A DNA stretch of 64,000 nt, taken from assembly GCA_002633005.1 (NCBI GenBank), contig NMRA01000227.1:379110-443109 (forward strand), in the 5' to 3' direction. The translations under genes were made by a program, and so were the position numbers. Positions 37,701 through 48,362 of the stretch are shown in pieces. How positions within the stretch are numbered: the first letter of the stretch is position 1; each line of letters opens with the position of its first letter. The notes beneath the pieces were generated by a model. That model saw only the letters and a list, made by a program, of their open reading frames with translations, made no database searches and was not told the DNA's origin. Source of the stretch: Phoronis australis (taxonomy: Eukaryota; Animalia; Phoronida).

Positions 37701-40700
37701 TTGTATCTTCAAAAGTATTGAACGGATTTTCATGAAATTTGGTATGTAGGCACCTATTAGTGAGATGACGCTATCCTACTGTTTTCAGATGGATTCGACG
37801 TAGTTTGCGCCACCTAGTGGCCATTTTTACTGTTTTCGAGTCTGTATTTTTGCGTCCACCCCTCTATCAACCAAACCGCTCAAAGGATGATTGTGAAAAT
37901 TGGCGTGTATGTGCTTACTATAAGGAAGACAGCTGACAATGATTTTCAGACGATTTGGACTACTGTGGCGCCTCCTAGTGGCATTTTGGTTTTTTTGCGC
38001 CCATGGCTGTATCTCCCAAACCGTTTGCAGGATCTTTACTAAATTTAGCAAGTGTATTTATGTGATGTTGACAACGGACGATGACGACTTTAGGATGATT
38101 CTGATTACCGGTATGCCTCTAGTGGCAATTTTAGTATTTGCCTCTAGTGGCAATTTTAGTATTTTACATTGACCTCTGTATTTTCATAGGTCTTCAGGTG
38201 TATACTTTGTGTTACTTCGTGACTGTGAAGGAAAAGTTCCAAGTAGAAATTTGTTTCTGGCATTCTAATGCTGTGCTAATCTCGTATGTTGGTAAATTTG
38301 TTTTTAATTCTATGTTTCTGTGGTGCTTTAAGCAACTGGTGTATAGGATGTGCTTGTATTATGAAGATTACTCACATTTTGCCCCTAGCCTATTGAGGAG
38401 ACAAGGACCATGCCTTTCCATTTTGCAAAGTATGCCCTCTACTGGCCACTTTATGGTACCAATAAACAACCCTAGAAGGATACCGTATGCGGTGCAATTG
38501 TGGGCGCATTTCAACGCTCCGCGTTGCTCTTGTTTTTATTATGCAGTTAATTCCGACTCCACAGGAACTTGAAAATGTTAGGGACATTATTATGAAAACT
38601 TAAGGAGGACTTCATATTTTTTGTTGAGTCGAAACTATATTTTTACTCAAGAATTCAAGTTGACCTTTTAGCAGTCGTGAGGCAGTGACGCATCATTGGG
38701 CGAGTTTTCGCACTGGGATTTTCTGAAAAATGCTCATAATTTAACAACAAAGTTTGCCACTGCAATATTGTAGAAACTCGTAGGTTGCAGATGCGTCACA
38801 GAGTGTAAATTTTATGAATTCTAGCTTACGATTTCACCTGTTTCGGAGACCAGGTTTCAACCACTTTTGGGCTATAATAAGCACCCCCTTCCTGAAGCAA
38901 ATTTTTCTAAGCGCCCTGGGCGCTTATTAGGGCAAATACGGTATGCTCTTATTGTGAATAGGACGATTGACGATTATTTTCTGATGACTTCATCTACTGT
39001 GGCCCATTCTAGTTGCAATTATTTTTTGTGCTCCTAGCCTCCTAGTGGCAATTTAATTTTTTTTCTGTTTTCCTCACTGCAGGTTTTTATGAAATTTGGT
39101 GAATAGCCTTGATGGCATATAGCAAACTTCGGATGGATTCCACATATTTTGCGCCATCTAGTGGCCATTTTTATGATGCAAATAAATACCCCTATGAGCA
39201 CGCCGTTTCCGGAGCATTCGTGGGCGTATTTCAACACTCCACATTGCTCTTGTCATTTAACTTGTCAAGTAATTTTCTAATGACACCATCCCGTTTTTGG
39301 ACGAATTCGTCATATTCTGTGCCATCTAGTGGCCATTTTTACGATACTGATAAGGGCCCCTGAAAGAATACCCTTTGCGATACAGTCGTGGGCATTTATC
39401 AATGCTCTGCGTCGCTTTTGTTTATTTTGTTTATGGTTTTTAGCCACTGAATTAATCAGAATTGACAATACTTTTTGCATTGTTTAGAAATATTAATTTC
39501 ACTGTGCTAAGTATTAAAGTGTATTACAGCAAGACATGGGGATGACGTACGAGGAGTTGTCTGTATATGGGAGACTGAGGAAACAGTTACTGTGCGGTCC
39601 ATACAGTATGTTTAACAAGCTGGTGCATATTTGGAGGGACAGGTGCACACCTGCTCAGGTGAGATAACCAGATGACAGTTATTTACTACCAAAATGCTCA
39701 TTTTCCTTGACAATCTCATTCTTTACCACATATTTCAACATGGCAATACTCAACTACTACAGATTTTGTTATGGTAAAATCAATTTAGGACACAATATGG
39801 CAGACACAGCAAATTTTGTTTTTTCATTTTGTTCATCTAAGATAAATGGCACCAAGTTAACGGTTTATCATATTCAGGGCCTGCACTATACCTACCATAC
39901 CTACCATAAGACAATATTATATTCAGGGCCTGCACTATACCTACCATACCTACCATAAGACAATATTATATTCAAGGCCTGCACTATACCTACCATACCT
40001 ACCATGAGACAATATCATATTCAAGGCCTGCACTATACCTACCATACCTACCATGAGACAATATCATATTCAAGGCCTGCACTATACCTACCATACCTAC
40101 CATGAGACAATATCATATTCAAGGCCTGCACTATACCTACCATACCTACCATGAGACAATATCATATTCAAGGCCTGCACTATACCTACCATACCTACCA
40201 TGAGACAATATCATATTCAAGGCCTGCACTATACCTACCATACCTACCATGAGACAATATCATATTCAAGGCCTGCACTATACCTACCATACCTACCATG
40301 AGACAATATCATATTCAAGGCCTGCACTATACCTACCATACCTACCATGAGACAATATCATATTCAAGGCCTGCACTATACCTACCATACCTACCATGAG
40401 ACAATATCATATTCAAGGCCTGCACTATACCTACCATACCTACCATGAGACAATATCATATTCAAGGCCTGCACTATACCTACCATACCTACCGTGAGAC
40501 AATATCATATTCAAGGCCTGCACTATACCTACCATACCTACCATGAGACAATATCTTGGAAAACTCGCTATTTACAACAATGGCGCCCCTTAGTGGCAGT
40601 TTTATTTTTTCTCATCCGCGACTTCATCTCCCATGAAACCTCTTGCAGGATCTTTTTTAATTTGACTGGTGTATTTCTAGGAATCTGACAGTAGGAGATG

Positions 40701-42406
40701 GCAACTTTTGGATAAATCCAGTTACAGTTTAAACCCCCTACATTTACTTGCATTGCTCAATTTAGTATGAATGTTTGAAATAGTTACCATATCTTTGTAT
40801 CTGTGCTGTATGTGGTGCACATGGTTGATGGATATCAATACTTCATGTTGCTGATTTTTGATGCTAAAACTTTTAATGACTTATAGTTTACATAATTATC
40901 AGAATAAGATGTCCAAATGTAAACCATTCTATTCAGTAAAATTTTGTTCTTTGAAATGATACCAAATTTTGTAGAATTGTTTTTGGATTGTGGAAAATGT
41001 TTGAGGAAATTTATGCGGAACACTTTTTGGGTGGTATCATTATAGATTTCTTGTGCTACTATGATATTTTATATTATGTCTAACTAACTAGTCAGTAATC
41101 ACTGAGAGCTGTTACTGATTTAGACCATATACTTTAAACAAATAGCAAAGGATTTTAGAACAATAGTCGAACATTTCAGCATCACTTTGTAAGACAAAAA
41201 ATAGTTTACACTCTATTAAAAATATTAAATAACCTTGTTAAACATTCTGATGTTTCCAGTGTTGAGACTCCTCTCATTTCAGGTGGCACAGAAAGTCAAG
41301 CATTTTTTTCGGTCCTACGCCATCAACCGGCATAAGATGACTGTGCTGACACCTGGCTACCATGCGGAGACTTACAGTCCAGACGACAACAGATTTGACC
41401 ATCGTCAATTCTTGTACAACATCCGGTGGCCATGGCAGTTCCATAGAATAGACACAGAGGTAGTGTGAACGCGAGAGTCACGTGATCGAAGTTGTATGTC
41501 ATACTCTCAAATGGAAAAGATTTGATCAGATTTCGTCTGCAGTCTAATTGATTCACTGTAATCCCACATTGATATGGAGTTTACTTAACTTGAGATGACC
41601 TTTACTGATGTTGAGGTCGGCAGGTAAACAGTTATCGTTACATTGGCTTTCACAACAACTTTTGATCTGGGATACTATGTCCATGTAAAGCCTAACTTGT
41701 GTCTACACTAACTTGCGTCTACACTAACTTGCGGCTACACTACTAACTTGGGTCTACACTACTAACTTGCGTCTACACTACTAACTTGTGTCTACACTAC
41801 TAACTTGCGTCTACACTACTAACTTGGGTCTACACTACTATCTTGGGTCTACACTACTAACTTGCGTCTACACTACTAACTTGTGTCTACACTAACTTGT
41901 GTCTACCTTAACTTGTGTCTACAAAGTGTTAGCCTTGTTACTGACTCCATATTTCTCACAGAGGTTAAGCCTGACCTGCAAATGACCCCGATTCAGTTTT
42001 GGGTCAGTTGGTCCAGGTCACATTAACTTTCAGTATAATCTTGTACAATCCTTAACTGTAGAATGCTTGAGGCTTTTGTCTTTTTAAGAGTTTGGTAGGG
42101 AGGTTGGTGATTCCTTGTGGGTAACCTTGAGTTCACCTGGCCTGAAGGAAGTTAGTGTGATCACTTGCTTTGTTTCCATGTATCACAGGTTAAGCAAGCT
42201 GGTGTGATCACTTGCTTTGCTTGTAGTATATGGCAATATCTCACAAAGTCTTGTGTTCTCACAAGCTTATTGCATCTAATGCAATTTTTCTCTCTTTTTT
42301 CATTCTTGTTACACTTTAAAATACAGAGTAATACATTTTGCAGGTTGAGAACATCGAGAAACTTCAAATGCCAGTAGATGATGCCAGGTCAGGGGTTACA
42401 GTATAG
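13701..42406 (+). CDS. NADSYN1: Glutamine-dependent NAD+ synthetase, 18 coding exons, about 710 aa
   Basis: Exons: 13701-13785, 15810-15870, 16562-16678, 18533-18586, 20408-20549, 21873-21961, 22632-22749, 23316-23447, 23943-24142, 25301-25452, 25852-26020, 28472-28607, 29786-29892, 31571-31702, 32956-33025, 39530-39658, 41283-41459, 42344-42406. Sum 2133 nt with consistent phases. Nitrilase-fold glutaminase triad (GPELE, RPKM, ICEELW); synthetase motifs [78 protein letters not shown]. The last exon ([20 protein letters not shown]) is the least certain. Confidence 0.95.
13950..14986 (+). mobile_element. HINE-like non-autonomous element, family B
   Basis: 5' hairpin ACTTGGCGAAA-TGTA-TTTCGCCAAGT, then (GTTT)-rich simple repeat. 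3' subterminal IR TTTCGCCAAGT (14951-14961) and terminal stem-loop CACTC-CTCT-GAGTG. The same head recurs near 30674 and at 63829-63970. Confidence 0.65.
15193..15223. other. Assembly gap (31 N) beside a G-rich short tandem repeat
   Basis: N run, followed by GGTACCAGGCAGTGGGGG-like repeats to about 15301. Confidence 0.98.
17971..18188. repeat. 53-bp tandem repeat x4
   Basis: ACCAACACTATCATAGGAACCATTAGTTGAATACTGTGTTTATCACTGAAGAC, identical copies. Confidence 0.95.
19010..19152. repeat. 37-bp tandem repeat x~4
   Basis: TGTTATGAGTGTGGTTTTCAGCCTCACCACTAGAGTA. Confidence 0.92.
19247..19749. repeat. 42-bp minisatellite x12 with internal palindrome
   Basis: GAGGATATCCGGATATTGCCTCAGACCATGCACATCAACTTA; the core ATATCCGGATAT is palindromic. 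Confidence 0.96.
19889..20095. repeat. 23-bp minisatellite x~8
   Basis: GTGTGAAGACAGTTGTAATGGAG. Confidence 0.94.
20180..20292 (+). mobile_element. Possible non-LTR retroelement 3' tail with (ATT)n end
   Basis: GAGGA...TCCTC pairing, AAATAAA, then (ATT)n/(TATTAT) tail. Pattern only. Confidence 0.4.
20990..21807. mobile_element. ~820-bp MITE with ~31-bp TIRs (PIF/Harbinger-like)
   Basis: Left GGTCTGTTCCAGTAAAATCCGTGTGTGAGGG; right reverse complement GGGCTGTTCCAGCAAAATCTGTATGGGAGGG. Flanks tga / tgg. Confidence 0.7.
23448..23601. repeat. 20/21-bp tandem repeat starting at the exon-8 splice donor
   Basis: GTGGGTRTCATGGGCCTTTG-like unit, about 8 copies. Confidence 0.9.
24780..24907 (+). mobile_element. 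Short 3'-end copy related to the LINE at 33977-34935
   Basis: GAGGGTCCTCTTGGAAAGCAGTG...GGCCACCCTCATTTTAAATATCACAATAAATAAAATAAA resembles the minus-strand LINE end GAGGGCCCCCATGAAAAGCAGTG...GGCTACCCTCATTGTAAATATTACATTAATAAAAATAAAA. Confidence 0.65.
26474..26771. repeat. 65-bp tandem repeat x~4.5 containing CCAAT-box motifs
   Basis: GTGATTGGCTA at 26480, 26535, 26600, 26665 (variant) and 26730. Confidence 0.88.
27646..27822. repeat. 15-bp minisatellite x~11
   Basis: AATGATACAARCAGT. Confidence 0.95.
30783..30883. mobile_element. ~100-bp Tc1/mariner-type MITE with TA TSD
   Basis: TA|CTGTATTCGTCCGCGTTACTGGCC ... GGGCCGTAACCCGGACGAGTACGG|TA. Confidence 0.65.
31709..31877. repeat. 33-bp tandem repeat x5 just after the exon-14 donor
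   Basis: AATGTTCACTGTCTTGCTGACCATAGATAGTGC. Confidence 0.95.
33058..35240 (+). mobile_element. Old, degenerate HINE family A copy (host of the LINE insertion)
   Basis: Degenerate head TTATGTGCCCACAT...GCCGTCATCTCTGTCT at 33061. Decayed monomers with CCTAGTGGC cores on both sides of the LINE. Confidence 0.6.
33977..34935 (-). mobile_element. 5'-truncated CR1/L2-type LINE (RT C-terminus, 3'UTR, A-rich tail)
   Basis: Minus-strand frame begins [11 protein letters not shown], then [18 protein letters not shown]...[14 protein letters not shown]...IQNRAARII...[14 protein letters not shown], stop at 34332. T-rich 3'UTR, terminal stem-loop, (AATAAA)-like tail near 33977-34000. Confidence 0.88.
36149..38941. 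mobile_element. Tc1/mariner (pogo/Tigger-like) MITE, about 0.8 kb net, TA TSD, containing a nested HINE
   Basis: TA|CCGTATTCACCCTAATAAGCGCCC ... GGGCGCTTATTAGGGCAAATACGG|TA. The host monomer is continuous across the TA. Confidence 0.85.
36558..38534 (+). mobile_element. Young HINE family A copy with 451-bp higher-order repeat x~3
   Basis: TT-ATGCGCCCACATATTTATATGTGGACGCAT hairpin, then (GTCC)n microsatellite. Unit marker GACTACCGGTGTGCCCCCTAG at 36750, 37201, 37652 and about 38103. End GTGGGCGCATTT-CAACGCTCCGCGTTG-CTCTTG-TT. Confidence 0.8.
39866..40556. repeat. 49-bp minisatellite x14
   Basis: GACAATATCATATTCAAGGCCTGCACTATACCTACCATACCTACCATGA. Confidence 0.96.
41692..41923. repeat. 16/19-bp degenerate tandem repeat
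   Basis: CTAACTTGNGTCTACA(CTA), about 12 copies. Confidence 0.9.
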
Positions 42407-44886
42407 ACCCAGATAGTGGAAGACCAAACTGCATAGATCTACATCAACTTTATCTGTTTACACTGAGTCAGTTTGCCTTTGAAAACAGTGACTGAGTCGC
42501 ACATTTTGAAGTCCTAGATCTTTCAATAATGTTCATAACTGTGATCGAGTCTCAAGTTATGATCCTAGATCCTCCAGTAATGTCCATAACCACTGGGTTC
42601 ATTGAACAGCTAGTTGGCAACCTCCTTTGTTTGCTGTAATATTTAATTAGAGCATAATTTGTTTGAATGGCTTCAAGATGATTTGTTAGATGCATTGCGC
42701 AGAGTGCATTCTGGGAGATAGTAAAGATGGTGGCACTTGTGAAACGAGCTTTTGAAGTTTGATTAAATCCAATTTGTTATTACACAAGTGGAAACCATGG
42801 CGATCACCCCCAGCATCACTGTAATAAAGTTCATTTGGACAGTACACTGTAAATCAACTCTGTTTGGTTGGTCAAACAATCATCTTAATAAATTTTGTGA
42901 TCATATTTAATTGACAAGTGGTCAAAATGTTGATATTCGTTAGTAGTGTCTTTTGATAGGACTGTTTTGTTTGTACACATGTATAAGTACATTCCATGTT
43001 GTTAAGAGTCTACAGGTAATACTCAGTAAGTAGAATGCTATTTTTTGTATACTTTCCATGTAAAATTAATTAAGCATTTATTGCCAATCTGAAATACAGC
43101 AATATAATTACAATGAAATCATGGTTGAAAATTGTTGTGGCTTGTGAATGTCAGTGTTGGTTCATCAAGGTAGTGCACTATATTAAGTCAGTCACAAAGC
43201 CACCGAGGTCATATCGCATGAAGCATGCTGTAGCTACTGCTGTCATGCTAATCACTGCCCTGCTGTCTAATTTATATTCATCTTTAATTACTTTATATTA
43301 ATCATTTCACTGCTCACAGATTAACTGTTGCGCAGTAATTGGCAGTGGCGTCACCAAAAACATGCAAGTCGGAGGGACACGATGTATCGTTCTTTTCTCA
43401 TCCATATCTGCATAGTGTTTTAATGGCTGTCCTTTTGAAAACTAGGTTAATCCTAGAATTGATTAATATTTCAACTTTCACTTAACATCGCAAGTTGAAA
43501 CCCGGTTTCCATCCAAAAATTTGAATTTAAGCCACTTTGAAAGTGGTCCCAAATTTTTCCTTAGTCAAAAAAGATGCGAACTTGGCTCTACAAGGGAACT
43601 TGCCAGTTTATTCACTTAACAAACCACCCGAGACCAATTTTATAGCGGTAAGTTGTCTAAATCAAAATTTTACATTTTCAACACAACACAAGTTTACTGC
43701 CGTTTTAAATGTGACATTTCTTACTGCTGCATGGCAAGATGCCATTCTCAAAATTAGACTGGAATATTCAAGCTTTTTTTACAAAGGGGATATTTAGGGA
43801 CGTACGATATAATTAGGTGAATACACTTAAGGACTGTTCACGATTATTCCAGTTTTCACCAGCGTACCCACTGTACTCTTCCCCGACCCCACAAAGCGAA
43901 CAAAAATAAAAGATCTTGGTCTGTATTTTCACCCGAGCTGCAAGTTGTGAAAGTGAACTCTGCACCAAAGTTACTAGGTGCACGAAGGCCTTCAGGCGAA
44001 AATCATGACATTTTCGTACTGGAAGGTGGAGTTGCTTGTGTGTGCGTGAGTTAGCTTGGTAACCAAGGAGAACCAAAAGTGACTATGGTAAGTGGCACAT
44101 GTCCCTTCTTGTTGAACAGGCATTTTCCCACAACTTATTGTTCAGAATGTGTGCAGCAAATAAAAACCCGTAAAAAGACCAGTTACCTGTTTTTACAAAA
44201 CAATCAGGTTGAAAGTAACTGTTAGTAACAGAAAATGCACTCTGAATGTCTCTGTTTTAAAACATTGGTCGGTTGAATAAAATTGTTATACACTTCAGTG
44301 GGAAAGTGGCAGTCGTAAAAATTAACATGAACAAAGCATGATCAAAAACAAACACTTGTTACAAATTGCTATATTTACATAATGCACAAACTCAACAAAT
44401 GGACAATTTGGATTGAAATCCCAAACCCTGATATTTTATATATTCCTAAATTATGACAATGACACTTCATTTATTTAAAATACAATACAAAATTTTCTTG
44501 TTATAAATACTATAGTTGCACTTATGTAAGCCAAATTTATTATTAACTACTTTGCCACATTTTATGGACCAAGTGCAAAAATGCACATGCAAAATAGTCT
44601 ATCAAGAATGTAAACAAGTAGGCCCCATACCTCACGAGTTAAAAGTACACAACTATTAAAGTGGACATTATCATTCATTCAAGTGAAATACTTGATGTGC
44701 AAACTTTCAATCAAAACTGGAAACCCGTATCGCAGAGCCTCTGCTACTACTAGGGAATGAATGAGAAATTCCCACAAACATTGTGTTGTCCTCTGTTGGT
44801 TTTCCTGGACAACATCTCCAGGGTTGTGGAGTGGACTTTACCAAAGTAAAGAATCCTGCACAGGTGAGATGGAACAGCTGCTTGGA

Positions 44887-45177
44887 AACTGGACATGTGA
44901 GGAGTGCAGGGATATTGCCAGTGTTTGAACTGGACATCTGAGAAGTGCAGGGACATTGCCAGTGTTTGAACTGGACATGTGAGAAGTGCAGGGATATCGC
45001 CAGCATTTGAACTGGACATGTGAGAAGTACAGGGATATTGCCAGTGTTTGAACTGGACATGTGAGAAGTACAGGGATATTGCCAGTGTTTGAAGTGGACA
45101 TCTGAGAAGTGCAAGGATATTGCCAGTGTTTGAACTGGACATGTAAGGAGTGCAGGGATATTGCCAGTGTTTGAACT
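44887..45177. repeat. 41-bp minisatellite x7
   Basis: AACTGGACATGTGAGAAGTGCAGGGATATTGCCAGTGTTTG. Confidence 0.95.
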
Positions 45178-45392
45178 CGGTAATGTCTGAACACATCGGA
45201 GACACGTGAGAATGCTCAACAATTTGGGGTTTAAAAAAATAATTGCAGGTTGTCTGATACATGTTGTACCAGACGTGCGCCCGCCTCACATGTGGGCCCA
45301 TTGCACTGATCACCTGGAAATATTTTTATGCTTTATTAATATACGGTTAAAACCGAGCTGAGGAGCTAGAAACCTGGCTCAAGGGTTTAGCA

Positions 45393-45469
45393 GTGTGACC
45401 TGGTGGGACTTGAACCCATGACCTCGAGTAAAGAAAGCGAGCACTTATCAACCAGGCCACACTGCCTCC
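45393..45469 (-). mobile_element. tRNA-derived SINE head (Pol III A/B boxes)
   Basis: Minus strand GGAGGCAGTGTGGCCTGGTTGATAAG...GGTCATGGGTTCAAGTCCCACCAGGTCAC. A-box-like TGGCCTGGTTGA and B-box GGTTCAAGTCC at tRNA spacing. No clean cloverleaf. Confidence 0.6.
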
Positions 45470-48328
45470 TCTAAAACAATTTGGGGTTTGAGAGGGGTTC
45501 AAAAAGGTGGAGTGTGTGATGACCTAAGAAACTACAGGAAAACCAAATGTTGCCAGGAATCAATTGTCATTCCTGTGTAGAAGGAGAAAGGTAGCTCTGC
45601 AACACAAGGACAACATTACAGCAAGTTTACATAGTAATTACCTGCACACCAATTACACCATTAAAGTTTCTAAATATTCAAATAGAATAATACATTTGGA
45701 CAAGACAGTTGTGATTTTGATGGCCAAAATAAATGTACATTACTGAGCAGGCATATGCCTCAAAGCAAGAATTACCTGATGGACAATTACTGGACATAAC
45801 TTGCATGATTAAAGTTTACAGCAGACAATCAACTTTCCTGCACTAACTGTCAGTAGCAATATGATCATCACAAAATATCACAATATCTTTATCACAAACA
45901 TTTACCATAAATACACATCAATTGTTAGTAATTTACACATTGACACAGATGTAGCTAATACAAGATGTAGAGGTAAACAACATGATAATATACTGTACGG
46001 GTAAACAACAATTTAAAACAATCACATTCTGACAAATTGGTAAGCTGTGATAATTGTAATTGTAACTTGTACTTATATTTTAAACAGTTCAATAATGGAA
46101 GATACCTTCCCCTTACAGTCTATGCAAGTCACATGACAAAGAATATCAGTAATTGCAACATCAGAGTTTAAAGTAATTAATAAAGTAATTAGCAAACCGG
46201 GCTTGATGCCACAAAGCAGCTACGACAGAGAAAGGTGGATTTAGGCAGACCTAGGTTTGTCCCTCCTCGCTGCCAACAGAAATAAACAATAATCTGTTAT
46301 ACAGTTGTAGCATCAATGGCCAAGATTTAGTATGCAAACAAAGCTCAAGACATCTGAATGTCACTAGGGATGGAAGTTTGGGTCCCCTCTTATCTCCGAT
46401 CCACCTAAATAATTTGGACCCCCTCTTCCATCCATCTACATTGTTAAGTTAACGAAAAATAATGGGATCTTGTGCATAACTTATTAATTTTAAGCAACTA
46501 AGCCATGCACAAAATTAGCCAAGATCATGTAATGAAATATACGAAAAACATGGAGATGTTGGAAGTCCAACAAACCACAGTTTACACCAAAAAACTTGCT
46601 TGCAACATCAAAACTGCAAAATACCTAACATATTGACAGGTACAGGATTTTAGTAAAGTGAGATGAACACACCTATTACTAGAAACCAACATACAATATG
46701 AAGAGACCAACATTTTACTAAAGATTATGCAGTTTGTCATTCATTGCAGCAGTGTCAAGAGACCAAAAACTCTGAAATAAGATAGAACAAAGCAGTCGCA
46801 CAAGATGTCTGTAAACAGACTGACACATTTTTAACACTTCCCCCAGACAAGCAAAATAACATCAAACTGAAATCTAAGCTCATTCTCCCACATGGATTCC
46901 ATTAAATGAGCGTCACTACTACTAAAGGGAACTGTTAATTAGCCTTAACGAGGTGTCTACCTTAAGAAGCACCTGAGACATGTTAGACATAACTACACAG
47001 GCTACAAATATAGCCTTGTCAGTCATGCATTACCACCACCTAGTCACATAGCAACAACTTTCAGCAAGTAATAAACACCACTACACTCTCTTCAACTATA
47101 TTATGTTAATATTTACAAAGCCATCGCCAGATATCCAAATGAGCAAAAATTAGTTCAGCACAAAATATACAATTACAGGCTTTTCATAACTGCTGGTGCT
47201 CCTGTAGTATAATTAACACACTTTTTTGTTCATGAAGACCACAAAGCAGTATATATCCTCGTTGGCATAAAACAGTTAACGCTGTGCTAACCCTGAAGTT
47301 GCTTCCATGAATTAAAGACAAAGTCAAACCATTATGTTGTTGCCTTCACTAAAAAATAAAATTCCGGTCACCTTTTTGAGACATTTTTGATGTTAATTAT
47401 TGTTCTCCTGGTCTTCATGACCGACTACGCAACAATTGAGTGAGCTGACATCTGTGGCCCAGCAAAATGTACGCAACTCATTTCTGCATCCACTTACATT
47501 GAACTAACACAGCAGTGAATATAGTATGTATCAGTCATTGGCCAATGTTCAATGAAAGTGAATCCAGATTACCAGTGCAGTGTATTTTTAGTAAAACTAT
47601 CCCCAAAAATGTTTGATTTTACACTCATGACATTTTCCTGAAAGTAGATAAAAGTTTCTGTCAACACATGGGCAAAGCTTTTCTCAAAGGTCGAAACATT
47701 TGGCTTAGTTTTCAACAGTATCCTAAATATGTTAACTGCACATAGGGAATGGCATCTCTCAATCACACAAATTGATAATAAATTAATAAATCTAACAACA
47801 ACACTATGTCACATGATGCTGGTGTACAACTTACTCACTTGGAAACCCTGCTCATCTCCTTTTTGAACCACACCTATCTTTCACTTAAAGACTTTCTTAA
47901 CTATCACTTAAATGAGAAAAAAATATTAGTTGCTTATGATGATTATGATTTATTAAGATTGTGAACATCACATCACATCACATCGCACCACATCACCTTT
48001 TGGAACTTTAATATCCATGTCTACATATATGTTAACGTATACACATATATGTATGTATAGATATGTACATGCATGTGTAGTGAAGGAAATGCATGTTGTG
48101 ACAAAGGAGTTACCTTGCTAATAAACAGCCCAGAGCTTGACTACCTATCAATAGAAGAAGTTAAAAAACTAATAAAACACCGTGATCAGTCCAAGTTTGC
48201 CCCAAGCCCCACCACAACTTAATGTTTCAACCATACCAGTGCTCGAAAAGTCTTGTTTTTCATAGCCATTGGTGACAGCAAATGCGTAAATGGTAATAAG
48301 TTATTCAGCGTGTCACCAAATTGCAATA

Positions 48329-48362
48329 ATGCGTCCACATATAAATATGTGGGCGCATAATA
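48329..48362 (-). mobile_element. Isolated HINE family A terminal hairpin
   Basis: ATGCGTCCACATATAAATATGTGGGCGCATAA is the exact reverse complement of 36558-36589. Confidence 0.7.

Larger units (their letters stand above)
35250..39422 (+). mobile_element. Intermediate-age HINE family A copy (host of nested MITE + young HINE)
   Basis: Head remnant TATATGTGGACGCATATTGCCGTCAT at about 35260. Monomers at 35400-36146 resume at 38944. 3' ends GTGGGCGTATTTCAACACTCCACATTGCTCTTG (about 39220-39252) and a more decayed one at about 39388-39422. Confidence 0.65.

Noticed and set aside
39866-40556. CRISPR-like appearance of this and other direct-repeat arrays
   Set aside because: Units are contiguous with no unique spacers, no cas genes are present, and the context is a eukaryotic intron.
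42165-42377. Alternative NADSYN1 last exon from the acceptor at 42188 ([12 protein letters not shown]...)
   Set aside because: In frame but low-complexity, intron-like and contains a local 18-bp duplication. The 42344 exon gives a length close to known proteins. Not excluded without RNA data.
45393-45469. Functional tRNA gene
   Set aside because: A/B boxes are present but acceptor and anticodon stems do not pair properly; treated as a SINE head.
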